DNA of 64,000 nucleotides from Candidatus Falkowbacteria bacterium RIFOXYA2_FULL_47_19 (GTDB taxonomy: Bacteria; Patescibacteriota; Patescibacteriia; Patescibacteriales; UBA12075). Positions 27,933 to 36,689 of this stretch are shown in pieces (the first letter of the stretch is position 1; every line of letters starts with the position of its first letter). The notes under the pieces were generated by a model, which was not told where the DNA came from, did no database searches, and saw only the letters and a list, made by a program, of their open reading frames with translations. The stretch lies in contig MFGB01000016.1 in assembly GCA_001780275.1 (NCBI GenBank), forward strand, positions 92,161 to 156,160, read 5' to 3'. The position numbers were made by a program, and so were the translations under genes.

Positions 27933-28646
27933 ATGTCAATCGAAGTAAAAATATACAACCAAAAAGCGGAAGAAACCGGAAATCTGACCCTTAAGGACAA
28001 GGTATTCGGGGTCAAGCTGAACGAAACTCTGGTGCATCAGGCGGCGGTAACCCAAGCGGCCAATAACCGGCAGGTTTTAGCCCACACCAAAACGAGGGCG
28101 GAAGTAAGAGGCGGCGGCAAAAAACCCTGGAAACAGAAAGGCACGGGCCGCGCGCGGGCGGGGTCTTCGCGTTCTCCGATCTGGATCGGCGGCGGTGTTA
28201 CTTTCGGTCCGAGAAAAGACAGGAATTTCAAGAGGAATATCAATAAGAAAATGAGCCGGAAAGCCGTATTGATGGTTTTGTCGGACAAGGTAAAAAGCGA
28301 TAATCTTATCATACTGGATGAACTGTCCGTTCCGGAATACAAGACCAGGGTCATGGATGATATGTTCAAGAATCTTGAAAATAAAAGAAAGTTATTGGAA
28401 ATCGTAGCGAGCGAAAAGAACCCGGATAAAAAGAAAGAGAAAAATCCGGTTCGAAAATCGGTTAAACGCAGCCTTTTGGTCGTAAACTGCGGGAAAGACG
28501 AAAAAGCAAAATACTCGATTCGGAACATTAAAGGCATAAAAATTATCAATTTGGAAAATATGAATATCCTTGACCTGCTGACCTTCAGAGATCTCATGAT
28601 GACCAGGGAAGGTATTAAAAAATTAGAAGAAAAATATTCATCGTAG
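27933..28646 (+). CDS. rplD: 50S ribosomal protein L4 with C-terminal extension
   Basis: L4 core KTRAEVRGGGKKPWKQKGTGRAR. Confidence 0.9.
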   Translation: MSIEVKIYNQKAEETGNLTLKDKVFGVKLNETLVHQAAVTQAANNRQVLAHTKTRAEVRGGGKKPWKQKGTGRARAGSSRSPIWIGGGVTFGPRKDRNFKRNINKKMSRKAVLMVLSDKVKSDNLIILDELSVPEYKTRVMDDMFKNLENKRKLLEIVASEKNPDKKKEKNPVRKSVKRSLLVVNCGKDEKAKYSIRNIKGIKIINLENMNILDLLTFRDLMMTREGIKKLEEKYSS

Positions 28647-28675
28647 ATTTCAATGTATTTTTAGACTCAATTCAT

Positions 28676-29191
28676 ATGGCATTGTTCAAATGGAATAAAA
28701 AATATCCCGATAAAAAAGAAGAAAAACCGTCCAAGACAAGCGTCGTGAAACCGGCCGGTTCCGGTAATGGCGTGAAAGCGAAAAAAAGCGCGGAGACCAA
28801 AGAACCGGCTAAGGCCAGCATGAAAGATCTGTACGGCGATAAAGAGGCTGCCGGAGCGGAGGAAAGTAAAACCGGGACCAAGACCGATAAAAAAACAAGA
28901 AAATACGGATCAGCTTACCGGGTGATCATAAGACCTTTGATCACGGAAAAAGCCGCTAATTTGGGAGCGGTCAATAAATACGCTTTCGTGGTAAGCGACC
29001 GGGCGAACAAGATCGAGGTTGAGAAAGCGGTCAATGAACTTTACGGCATCAAACCGACAAGCGTGAACATGCTTAAAGTTCTTGGCAAGAAAACCCGCCG
29101 CGGCCGGGTAACCGGTCGGCGCAAAAACTGGAAAAAGGCGATAGTGACGCTGCCCAAGGGCAAGAGTATCAATATTTATGAAGGAGTATAG
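28676..29191 (+). CDS. rplW: 50S ribosomal protein L23 with about 75-aa Lys-rich N-terminal extension
   Basis: The C-terminal 95 aa match L23 (YRVIIRPLITEKAANL...). The true start may be downstream. Confidence 0.8.
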   Translation: MALFKWNKKYPDKKEEKPSKTSVVKPAGSGNGVKAKKSAETKEPAKASMKDLYGDKEAAGAEESKTGTKTDKKTRKYGSAYRVIIRPLITEKAANLGAVNKYAFVVSDRANKIEVEKAVNELYGIKPTSVNMLKVLGKKTRRGRVTGRRKNWKKAIVTLPKGKSINIYEGV

Positions 29192-29282
29192 TGATTTACG
29201 ATTTGCGGTTGAATATTTCAAATAAGCCAATCCAAAAAAAAGTAGTAATACGCGATTTAATTGACGATTTGCGGTTGATATA

Positions 29283-29317
29283 CAATCGGCAATCGCCAAT
29301 CGGCAATCGCCAATCCA
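29283..29317. repeat. Tandem heptamer array CAATCGG/CAATCGC (14-mer x2.5) immediately upstream of rplB
   Basis: caatcgg caatcgc caatcgg caatcgc caatcca. It ends 3 nt before the rplB ATG at 29321. The spacer also holds 17-bp direct repeats (acgatttgcggttga at 29198 and 29263) and 13-bp direct repeats (gccaatccaaaaa). Confidence 0.85.
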
Positions 29318-29320
29318 AAA

Positions 29321-30163
29321 ATGGGAATAAAAAAAGTAAAACCAATCACCGCGGGAAGGCGCCAGGCCAGGTTCGACGATTTTTCGGATATTACCAGGAC
29401 GAAACCGGAGAAAAAATTGATAATGATAAAAAAGAAGACTGGAGGAAGGAATGCCCAAGGCAAGATTACCGTCAGACACCGGGGGGGCGGAGCCAGACGC
29501 TACATCAGGTTAGTTGATTATAAGAGGGATAAATTCGACATTCCGGCCCGTGTCGCTTCGATAGAATATGACCCCAATCGCGGCGGTCGGATATCGCTAC
29601 TTAACTACGCGGATGGGGAAAAAAGATATATTATCTCTCCGATCGGCCTTACAATCGGAGAAACGGTCATAAGCTCAAAAAATCAGATAGAGATAAAACG
29701 GGGAAACGCTTTGCCGATCATGTATATTCCCGCGGGTATCGCGGTTTATAATATTGAATTGACGCCCGGCCGCGGCGGACAGATAGCCAGAGGCGCCGGC
29801 AACGAAGTTTACGTCATGGGTGTCGAGGGTAAATACGCGCAGATAAAGATGCCTTCCGGCGAAATTCGGCTCATAAAAAAAGAATGTTTATGCACGATCG
29901 GCCAGGTCAGCAACGTCGATAAACGCCACATAAAACTTGGAAGCGCCGGCCGGAATCGTCATCGCGGCATTCGTCCGACGGTCAGGGGCACGGCTATGAA
30001 TCCGGTCGATCATCCGCACGGCGGCGGCGAAGGCAACCAGTCGATCGGCTTGAAACATCCGAAAACGCCTTGGGGCAAACCCGCCTTGGGAGTGAAAACG
30101 CGAAACAAGAACAAGGCTTCCACCAAGCTTATAATCAAAAGAAGGGGAAGAAAGCAAAGATAA
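29321..30163 (+). CDS. rplB: 50S ribosomal protein L2
   Basis: Canonical L2 sequence including the GGGEG region. Confidence 0.95.
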   Translation: MGIKKVKPITAGRRQARFDDFSDITRTKPEKKLIMIKKKTGGRNAQGKITVRHRGGGARRYIRLVDYKRDKFDIPARVASIEYDPNRGGRISLLNYADGEKRYIISPIGLTIGETVISSKNQIEIKRGNALPIMYIPAGIAVYNIELTPGRGGQIARGAGNEVYVMGVEGKYAQIKMPSGEIRLIKKECLCTIGQVSNVDKRHIKLGSAGRNRHRGIRPTVRGTAMNPVDHPHGGGEGNQSIGLKHPKTPWGKPALGVKTRNKNKASTKLIIKRRGRKQR

Positions 30164-30194
30164 GAAGATTTAGCAAATAAAGAAATCAACCAAT

Positions 30195-30482
30195 ATGCCA
30201 AGAAGTTTAAAAAAAGGGCCATACGTAAATGAGCGGTTGCTCAAAAAGATCAAAGATCTTAAACCCGGCGATAAAACCGTTATTAAGGTTTGGGATCGTT
30301 CCTGCACCATCACTCCGGAAATGGTCGGATTTACGATCGGCGTCCATAATGGCAGAAAGCACGAACCGGTTTATGTGGTCGAGAATATGGTCGGCCACAA
30401 ACTGGGCGAGTTCGCTCCGACCCGCAAATTCTTGAGTCATGGCGGTAAAATGGCGAAAACGCAGGCGAAGGGAGCCAAATAG
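30195..30482 (+). CDS. rpsS: 30S ribosomal protein S19
   Basis: [10 protein letters not shown]...[11 protein letters not shown]. Confidence 0.95.
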   Translation: MPRSLKKGPYVNERLLKKIKDLKPGDKTVIKVWDRSCTITPEMVGFTIGVHNGRKHEPVYVVENMVGHKLGEFAPTRKFLSHGGKMAKTQAKGAK

Positions 30483-30510
30483 CAATGATATATAAAATAA
30501 GGTAATTCAT

Positions 30511-31101
30511 ATGGAAGTAAAAGCGACAGCAAAACATATTAAAATGTCTCCCCGTAAAATGCGGCTGGTTCTGGGCGTCGTCCGCGGCCTCAAAGTGGAA
30601 GAAGCTTTGACGCAGCTTAAGTTCATAAAAAAGCTGGCGGCGGAACCGGTGATCAAGCTCATCAACTCGGCGGTAGCGAATGCGGAACATAATTTCGAAT
30701 TGGAAAAGAGCAATCTATACATAAAAGAATTAAGAGCAGACCAGGGCCCGACGCTTAAACGCTGGAAACCGAGGGCGCGGGGACGGGCTACTCCGATAAT
30801 GAAGAGAACGAATCACGTGAGCCTTATATTGAGCGAAGTGGTGGAAAGCGGTAAGACCGGATCGAAAAAACAGAAGATCGAAGCTCCCGTTAAACTCGGC
30901 CAGCTGCCGAAAGAAGATAAGGGCGTAAAGATCGAAGATAAGAAGAAAACCAAGGAAAAATCCGCTCCGGCCGAAACCGGCAGCGAAAAGAATAAAAAGA
31001 TCGTAGATGTGCGGGAAGAGGGAAAGGGCGGACACGTTAAGCTTGAAGGAAAAGGACGCGCCGGTTTCATGAAGAAGATGTTCCAGAGAAAAAGCGGCTA
31101 A
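30511..31101 (+). CDS. rplV: 50S ribosomal protein L22 with Lys/Glu-rich C-terminal extension
   Basis: An L22 core of about 110 aa, then a charged tail of about 85 aa. Confidence 0.9.
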   Translation: MEVKATAKHIKMSPRKMRLVLGVVRGLKVEEALTQLKFIKKLAAEPVIKLINSAVANAEHNFELEKSNLYIKELRADQGPTLKRWKPRARGRATPIMKRTNHVSLILSEVVESGKTGSKKQKIEAPVKLGQLPKEDKGVKIEDKKKTKEKSAPAETGSEKNKKIVDVREEGKGGHVKLEGKGRAGFMKKMFQRKSG

Positions 31102-31132
31102 CGTTTATTAAATCAATAAATCAAATAAAAAC

Positions 31133-31843
31133 ATGGGAAAAAAAGTAAACCCCAAAGTATTCAGGATCGGCACTACCAGGACTTGGCACTCCAAATGGTT
31201 CGGCGTGGGAAAAACTTACGCGAAGAACGTTCGTGAGGATGTCTTGGTCAGAAAATTCCTCATTAAAAAATTGCAGGAAGCCGGAGTCGATCGGGTAGAA
31301 ATTGAAAGACATACCAACAAGATCAGCGTCGGTGTTTATACGGCCAAACCGGGCATCATTATCGGCCGGGGAGGGTCGGGCGTCGATGATCTAAAGAAGC
31401 AGATACATGATAAATTTTTAAAGACTTTCAAATTGGGCGATATAAATCTTAATATCCACGAAGTCGATCGGCCGAACCTTTCCGCCCAGATTTCCGTTCA
31501 ATCCATGATCATCGATATAGAGAAGAGGATGCCTTTCAGGCGGGTAATGAAACAGGCTATTAACCGCATCGAACGGGCCGGAGCTTTAGGCGTCAAGGTC
31601 ATTATCGGCGGACGCTTGAACGGAGCCGAGATCGCCCGAACCGAAATGCTCGTTTCCGGAAAAATACCGCTGCACACCCTGCGGGCCGATATTGATTATG
31701 CCCGCGGAGCGGCTCATACCACCTACGGAGCTATCGGGATCAAGACTTGGATATATAAAGGCGATAAATTCGAAAAAGAAGAAGAGAAAATGGGGGAAGT
31801 GGTGGGAAAAGAACCGAGAATCAAGCGCCACCGCTATAATTAA
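31133..31843 (+). CDS. rpsC: 30S ribosomal protein S3
   Basis: GKKVNPKVFRIG... KH domain followed by the S3 C-terminal domain. Confidence 0.95.
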   Translation: MGKKVNPKVFRIGTTRTWHSKWFGVGKTYAKNVREDVLVRKFLIKKLQEAGVDRVEIERHTNKISVGVYTAKPGIIIGRGGSGVDDLKKQIHDKFLKTFKLGDINLNIHEVDRPNLSAQISVQSMIIDIEKRMPFRRVMKQAINRIERAGALGVKVIIGGRLNGAEIARTEMLVSGKIPLHTLRADIDYARGAAHTTYGAIGIKTWIYKGDKFEKEEEKMGEVVGKEPRIKRHRYN

Positions 31844-31887
31844 TCCTTGAGCTTAATCTACAATTATTCAAAAGAACAGATTTCCAT

Positions 31888-32295
31888 ATGTTAATGCCAA
31901 AAAAGACAAAATTTAGGAAGTCCCATAAGAGCAAAAGAGGCGGCAAAGCCAGCCGTCTTATCAAGGTCAGCTTCGGACAGTTCGGTCTTAAAGCCATGGA
32001 GGCGCATTGGCTGTCTTCCAGGCAGATCGAGGCCGCTCGGCGGGTAATGACCAAATACACCAAGCGCGGCGGCAAGATCTGGATCAGGATATTCCCGGAC
32101 CGGTCCGTGACAAAAAAAGGCGGCGAGATCCCGATGGGCAAAGGAAAGGGGCCGGTAGACCACTACATAGCGGCGGTTAAACCCGGCATGGTCCTTTTCG
32201 AAATGGACGGCATAGCTTTGGACCAGGCCAAAGAGGCCATGAATCTAGCGGCCCACAAACTGCCGATAAAATGCAAATTTATCGTAAAACATTAA
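31888..32295 (+). CDS. rplP: 50S ribosomal protein L16
   Basis: MLMPKKTKFRKSHK... Confidence 0.95.
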   Translation: MLMPKKTKFRKSHKSKRGGKASRLIKVSFGQFGLKAMEAHWLSSRQIEAARRVMTKYTKRGGKIWIRIFPDRSVTKKGGEIPMGKGKGPVDHYIAAVKPGMVLFEMDGIALDQAKEAMNLAAHKLPIKCKFIVKH

Positions 32296-32332
32296 TCTAG
32301 TTTTTAAAATTAATCAATTTAACATAAATAAG

Positions 32333-32590
32333 ATGGAGTTGAAAGAATTAAAAAAGAAAACCATATCCGATTTGCATAAAATTCTCGCGGAATCAAGGGA
32401 TAAGCTCCGGGATCTCCGGTTTAAAGACGCGAATAAGCAGCTTAAGAACGTACGCGAGATCAGGTCGGTACGGCGGGTGATCGCCTGGGCCCTTATGCTC
32501 ATAAGCGGCGATAAAAACGGGAAAGAAGGAAAAAAGACCGAGGAAGCCAAGGAAGATAAAACCAAAGAAAAAGAAGCGGATAAGAAGTAA
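32333..32590 (+). CDS. rpmC: 50S ribosomal protein L29 with Lys/Glu-rich tail
   Basis: ELKELKKKTISDLHKILAESRDKLRDLRFK. Confidence 0.85.
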   Translation: MELKELKKKTISDLHKILAESRDKLRDLRFKDANKQLKNVREIRSVRRVIAWALMLISGDKNGKEGKKTEEAKEDKTKEKEADKK

Positions 32591-32611
32591 AAAATAATAG
32601 ATTATAACAAT

Positions 32612-32893
32612 ATGAACGATAAAAAAGCGGAGAAACAAGTTAATAAAGCTATCGTTAAAAAACCTGTAACAAAAAAGAAGTTTAGCGGCGTGGTAGTGAG
32701 CGCGAAGATGAACAAGACGATAGTGGTCAGGATCGATCGGGTAAAAATCCATCCAAAATACAAAAAAAGATATACGGTCAGCAAAAAATACAAGGTTCAT
32801 GACGAAAAAAACCAGTTCAAGGAAGATGCTAAAGTTACTTTCATCGAATGCCGACCCTTATCCAAGGACAAAAGATGGAGAGTGGTTTACTAA
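32612..32893 (+). CDS. rpsQ: 30S ribosomal protein S17
   Basis: KKFSGVVVSAKMNKTIVVRIDR... Confidence 0.9.
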   Translation: MNDKKAEKQVNKAIVKKPVTKKKFSGVVVSAKMNKTIVVRIDRVKIHPKYKKRYTVSKKYKVHDEKNQFKEDAKVTFIECRPLSKDKRWRVVY

Positions 32894-32952
32894 TTGGCCG
32901 GGGAGAGACATAAATCTTAAAAAGATCAAAAATTTTCTTACATCCAATTAAT

Positions 32953-33324
32953 ATGATACAAGTACAGACATACGTAAAAGTAGCCGATAATTCCGGCGCC
33001 CGGATGGTGCAGTGCATCAAGGTTTTGGGCGGTTATAAAAAGCGCTATGCCCGGATCGGGGATATTTTTACCGCTGCCGTAAAAGTAGCGACGCCGCACG
33101 CGCCCATTAAGAAAGGCGACGTAGTACGGGCGGTGCTGGTTCGCACCAGGAAAGAGATCCGGCGGAAAGACGGTTCTTATATCCGGTTTGACGAGAATGC
33201 CTGCGTAGTGATCGATAAGGAAAAGAAAGAACCGAAAGGCACGAGAATCTTCGGGCCGATAGCGCGGGAAGTAAGAAAGGCCGGATTCGTGAAGATCGCT
33301 TCGTTGGCTCCTGAAGTGTTGTAA
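32953..33324 (+). CDS. rplN: 50S ribosomal protein L14
   Basis: [17 protein letters not shown]... Confidence 0.95.
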   Translation: MIQVQTYVKVADNSGARMVQCIKVLGGYKKRYARIGDIFTAAVKVATPHAPIKKGDVVRAVLVRTRKEIRRKDGSYIRFDENACVVIDKEKKEPKGTRIFGPIAREVRKAGFVKIASLAPEVL

Positions 33325-33380
33325 TTTACAATTGTCGATCGCTGATTGACGATTGAAATAAATTGAAGAAAATAAATAAT

Positions 33381-33415
33381 CGTTATGCGTTACGCGTTAT
33401 GCGTTACGCGTTATG
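33381..33415. repeat. Tandem heptamer array CGTTATG/CGTTACG (14-mer x2.5) upstream of rplX
   Basis: cgttatg cgttacg cgttatg cgttacg cgttatg. It ends 15 nt before the rplX ATG at 33431, overlapping the SD region. Confidence 0.85.
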
Positions 33416-33430
33416 AGGAATGATATAAAT

Positions 33431-33775
33431 ATGAAGATTAAGAAAGGTGACAAGGTTAAAATACTCACAGGTAAGGATAAGGGCAAAACCGGTAAGGTCT
33501 TGCAGGTTTTTCCGGCACGCGACCGGGTAAGCGTTGAAGGTTTGAATTTATCGATCAAGCATATGCGTCCGCGCCGGCAGAACGAAAAAGGGCAGCGCAT
33601 TGAATTTCCGGCCCCGCTGAACGCATCCAATCTTATGCTTGTTTGTCCGAAGTGCAACAAACCGGCCAGGGTAGGATTTAAGGTCGTGGAAACCAAAAAA
33701 CCGGAAGGTCAGGAAGCTAAGCCGAGTAAAAAGAAATTCCGTGTTTGCCAGAAATGCAAGCAAATAATAAATTAA
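33431..33775 (+). CDS. rplX: 50S ribosomal protein L24 with a C-terminal Cys4 (CPKC...CQKC) zinc-ribbon-like tail
   Basis: MKIKKGDKVKILTGKDKGKTGKV (KOW domain), with a GAGGA SD 10 nt upstream. The tail reads CPKCNKPARVGF...RVCQKCKQIIN. Confidence 0.85.
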   Translation: MKIKKGDKVKILTGKDKGKTGKVLQVFPARDRVSVEGLNLSIKHMRPRRQNEKGQRIEFPAPLNASNLMLVCPKCNKPARVGFKVVETKKPEGQEAKPSKKKFRVCQKCKQIIN

Positions 33776-33793
33776 ACCATTGTTTATCTACAT

Positions 33794-34336
33794 ATGGAAT
33801 CACAAACAGCCTACAAAAAAACCATCCTGCCGAAATTAAAAGAAAAATTCGGATACAAGAACGACCTGGAAGCGCCTCGGTTAAAGAAAGTCGTGGTTAA
33901 CGTCGGTTTCGGCCGGCACATGAAAGAAAAGGCCTATATCGACGCGGTCGTGAGCGGACTTACGCGCATTACCGGGCAGAAACCGGTATTAGCCAAAGCC
34001 CGGAAATCGATTTCGTCCTTTAAGATCAGGGAGGGCAATGTTATCGGCGCTTACGTAACTTTGCGCGGAGCCAGGATGCATGATTTCGTCAATAAACTTA
34101 TCAATATCACATTCCCCAGAGTCAGGGATTTCCGCGGCATAAACGAAAAGAACGTTGATCGGATGGGAAATATGACGATCGGTTTCCGCGAGCACATCTC
34201 TTTTCCGGAGATAAGCGCGGATGAAGTGGAAAACGTTTTCGGCTTGGAAATAAGCCTTTCCATCGGAGCCAGAAGCCGGGAAGAGGGATTGGAACTTTAT
34301 AAATTACTGGGATTTCCCATTAAAAAAGATAAATAA
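33794..34336 (+). CDS. rplE: 50S ribosomal protein L5
   Basis: Canonical L5. Confidence 0.95.
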   Translation: MESQTAYKKTILPKLKEKFGYKNDLEAPRLKKVVVNVGFGRHMKEKAYIDAVVSGLTRITGQKPVLAKARKSISSFKIREGNVIGAYVTLRGARMHDFVNKLINITFPRVRDFRGINEKNVDRMGNMTIGFREHISFPEISADEVENVFGLEISLSIGARSREEGLELYKLLGFPIKKDK

Positions 34337-34337
34337 T

Positions 34338-34523
34338 ATGGCTAGAAAAGCGTTAATTGCCAAAGCGAAAAGAAAACCGAAATTTTCCACACGGACCATA
34401 CGCCGGTGCTGGCGGTGCGGCCGCAATCACGGTTATATGCGTGATTTTAATATGTGCCGGATATGTTTCCGTGAATTAGCCGATAACGGCGATCTGCCAG
34501 GATTGACCAAATCTTCGTGGTAA
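34338..34523 (+). CDS. rpsN: 30S ribosomal protein S14, zinc-binding type Z
   Basis: The 61-aa product carries the CWRCGR...CRIC zinc-binding motif. Confidence 0.9.
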   Translation: MARKALIAKAKRKPKFSTRTIRRCWRCGRNHGYMRDFNMCRICFRELADNGDLPGLTKSSW

Positions 34524-34596
34524 CGGAATAAAATAAAAAGCTAATAACCGTAATATAAAGTCGTTATAAAATCACTTGAATAAAATATAAAAATAT

Positions 34597-35010
34597 ATGA
34601 CTGATCCTATTTCTGACATGCTTACAAGAATTAGAAACGCTGCCTTAATCGGTAAACCGGAGGTATTGGTGCCTATGAGCAAAATAAAACACGAGATCGC
34701 CAAACTTCTGAAAAAAGAAGGGCTGATTTTGGATGAAGAAATAGTGAAAACCAAGAGCCGTAAGAACAAAGCTTCGCAATTCGATGAGATCAAGTTAGTT
34801 TTGAAATACAAGAAGAGCGGCCGGTCGGCCATAACAAGCCTAAAGAGAATCAGCAAACCAGGTCTTAAGGTGTACGCCAAGAAGACCGAACTGCCGAGAG
34901 TATTGAATAATCTGGGTATAGCGATAATTTCGACACCGGAGGGCCTTATGACCAATAAAGAGGCCAGAAAAAAAGGTTTGGGCGGAGAGGTTTTGTGCGA
35001 AATATATTAA
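34597..35010 (+). CDS. rpsH: 30S ribosomal protein S8
   Basis: MTDPISDMLTRIRNA... Confidence 0.95.
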   Translation: MTDPISDMLTRIRNAALIGKPEVLVPMSKIKHEIAKLLKKEGLILDEEIVKTKSRKNKASQFDEIKLVLKYKKSGRSAITSLKRISKPGLKVYAKKTELPRVLNNLGIAIISTPEGLMTNKEARKKGLGGEVLCEIY

Positions 35011-35045
35011 TAGGTTATAGGGATTAGGGAATAGGGATTAGGATA
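35011..35045. repeat. Tandem G-rich heptamer array TAGGGAT/TAGGGAA between rpsH and rplF, with a partially complementary C-rich segment downstream (35055-35076)
   Basis: taggtta tagggat tagggaa tagggat taggata. The downstream cctctaatccccaaccccctaa is an imperfect reverse complement, so the two can form a long hairpin. Three G3 tracts sit on 4-nt loops. Confidence 0.8.
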
Positions 35046-35084
35046 CGTTTTAACCTCTAATCCCCAACCCCCTAAGCAACACAT

Positions 35085-35624
35085 ATGTCAAGATTAGGAA
35101 AACTACCAATTAAATTACCGCAGGGTACCGAGGCGAAGATAGAGAATGGTTTTATTTTTGTAAAAAGCGGCAAGGGGGAATTAAAGCAGAAACTCTCCGA
35201 TCTGGCCCAGGTCGAGATCGGCGAAGAAGGGATAAAAGTAAGCGTCAAAAATCCGGAAGTGAAGAAAGAAAGAGCTTTTTGGGGACTTTTCCGCAGTCTT
35301 ATAAATAATATGGTTATCGGTCTTAACGATGGCTTCGAGAAGAAGCTGGAAGTGGTCGGCGTCGGATTCCGCGTGAATGTCAGCGGCAATAAGCTTAATT
35401 TGAGTCTCGGTTTTTCCCATCCGGTAGAATTTATTTTGCCGGAAGGAATCACGGCCACGGTCGAAGCTAATATTATTACCGTTAAGGGCGTGGATAAGCA
35501 GCTTGTTGGCGAAACCGCCGCTAAGATCAGGAAAATAAAGAAACCGGAGCCTTATAAGGGCAAAGGAATAAAATATGTTGATGAAGTGATCAGAAGGAAA
35601 GAAGGAAAAACGGCCGCTAAGTAA
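35085..35624 (+). CDS. rplF: 50S ribosomal protein L6
   Basis: MSRLGKLPIKLP... Confidence 0.95.
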   Translation: MSRLGKLPIKLPQGTEAKIENGFIFVKSGKGELKQKLSDLAQVEIGEEGIKVSVKNPEVKKERAFWGLFRSLINNMVIGLNDGFEKKLEVVGVGFRVNVSGNKLNLSLGFSHPVEFILPEGITATVEANIITVKGVDKQLVGETAAKIRKIKKPEPYKGKGIKYVDEVIRRKEGKTAAK

Positions 35625-35645
35625 AAAAGATCGTTGTAATTTAAA

Positions 35646-35668
35646 ATTTAGTTTAGGATTTAGAATTT
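35646..35668. repeat. Degenerate heptamer array (ATTTAGT TTAGGAT TTAGAAT) abutting the start codon of the TlyA-like gene
   Basis: Three 7-nt units with a TTAG(G) core. The ATG at 35670 follows directly. Confidence 0.55.
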
Positions 35669-35669
35669 A

Positions 35670-36266
35670 ATGGAGAGGGATAGCGAAAAAAATGATTACC
35701 AATATGTTGGTCGCGGGGCTTTAAAGCTGAAACACGCCTTAGAACATTTCCGTGTTGACGTCAGGGATAAAACGGCCGCCGACCTGGGGTGTTCGACCGG
35801 TGGATTTACGGAAGTGCTCCTGGAAAAAGGGGCCCGTAAAGTATACGCGGTCGATACGGCTTACGGGCAGCTGGACTGGAAACTTCGGAAAGATGATCGG
35901 GTGGCAGTAATGGAAAGGACGAACGCGCTTCACGCGGAACTGGAAGAAAAGGTCGATCTGGTGGTCATAGACGCCGGCTGGACCGCGCAAAAATTGATCA
36001 TACCGAAAGCCATGGAGCTCCTTAAGGCGCAAGGAGACATAATTTCCCTTGTTAAGCCGCATTACGAAGCTAAGCGCTACGGTCTGGTTTTTAAGGGAAA
36101 AAAATTAACAGCGGAAGAAAGCAGGCGGATACTCGAATCTGTTTTAGAAGATCTGGAAAAAGCTGGTTTTAAAATCAATCTATATACCACCTCTCCGGTT
36201 ACCGGGGAAAAAGGGAAAAATATCGAATATCTTGTATGGATCAACAAAAAAGAAAAAAAACAATAA
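35670..36266 (+). CDS. TlyA-family rRNA 2'-O-methyltransferase (FtsJ-like fold) lacking the N-terminal S4 domain; embedded in the spc operon
   Basis: GRGALKLKHALEHFRVDVRDKTAADLGCSTGGFTEVLLEKGARKVYAVDTAYGQLDWKLRKDDRV matches the TlyA SAM-binding core. Confidence 0.7.
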   Translation: MERDSEKNDYQYVGRGALKLKHALEHFRVDVRDKTAADLGCSTGGFTEVLLEKGARKVYAVDTAYGQLDWKLRKDDRVAVMERTNALHAELEEKVDLVVIDAGWTAQKLIIPKAMELLKAQGDIISLVKPHYEAKRYGLVFKGKKLTAEESRRILESVLEDLEKAGFKINLYTTSPVTGEKGKNIEYLVWINKKEKKQ

Positions 36267-36604
36267 AAACGAGGAAACACGCTAAGATCAGGGCCAAGAT
36301 CCGCGGGATAGAATCACGCGTCAGGCTAAGCATCTTCCGGTCTAACCGGGGATTTTACGTCCAGGTGATCGATGATCGCGAAGGCAAAACCTTAGTATCC
36401 GCGCATAGCCAGGAAATAAAAGGCGTAGAAGATAAGGATAGAAGCGGCAAGACAGCCGTCGGTTTTGCCGTGGGCAAGCTTATCGCCAAGAAAGCCTTGG
36501 AGAAAAAAATAGAAAAAGTGGTTTTTGACCGGGGCGGAAATAAATATCATGGACGGGTCAAGGCGGTAGCTGACGGCGCGCGCGAGGGCGGATTAAAGTT
36601 TTAA
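36236..36604 (+). CDS. rplR: 50S ribosomal protein L18
   Basis: RAKIRGIESRVRLSIFRSNRGFYVQVIDD... The ORF overlaps the 3' end of the TlyA-like gene by 31 nt. Confidence 0.85.
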   Translation: MDQQKRKKTIKTRKHAKIRAKIRGIESRVRLSIFRSNRGFYVQVIDDREGKTLVSAHSQEIKGVEDKDRSGKTAVGFAVGKLIAKKALEKKIEKVVFDRGGNKYHGRVKAVADGAREGGLKF

Positions 36605-36689
36605 GCGCGATTCCGGGCCAGGTCTCGTTCATATTCGCTCCATAAAACGCGAAACAGGCGAAATGTCTTTAGATATAATTTAATCATAT

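Noticed and set aside
33413-33430. Upstream start (MRNDINM...) for rplX
   Set aside because: It starts inside the heptamer array. The conserved L24 N-terminus MKIKKGD with a GAGGA SD is at 33431.
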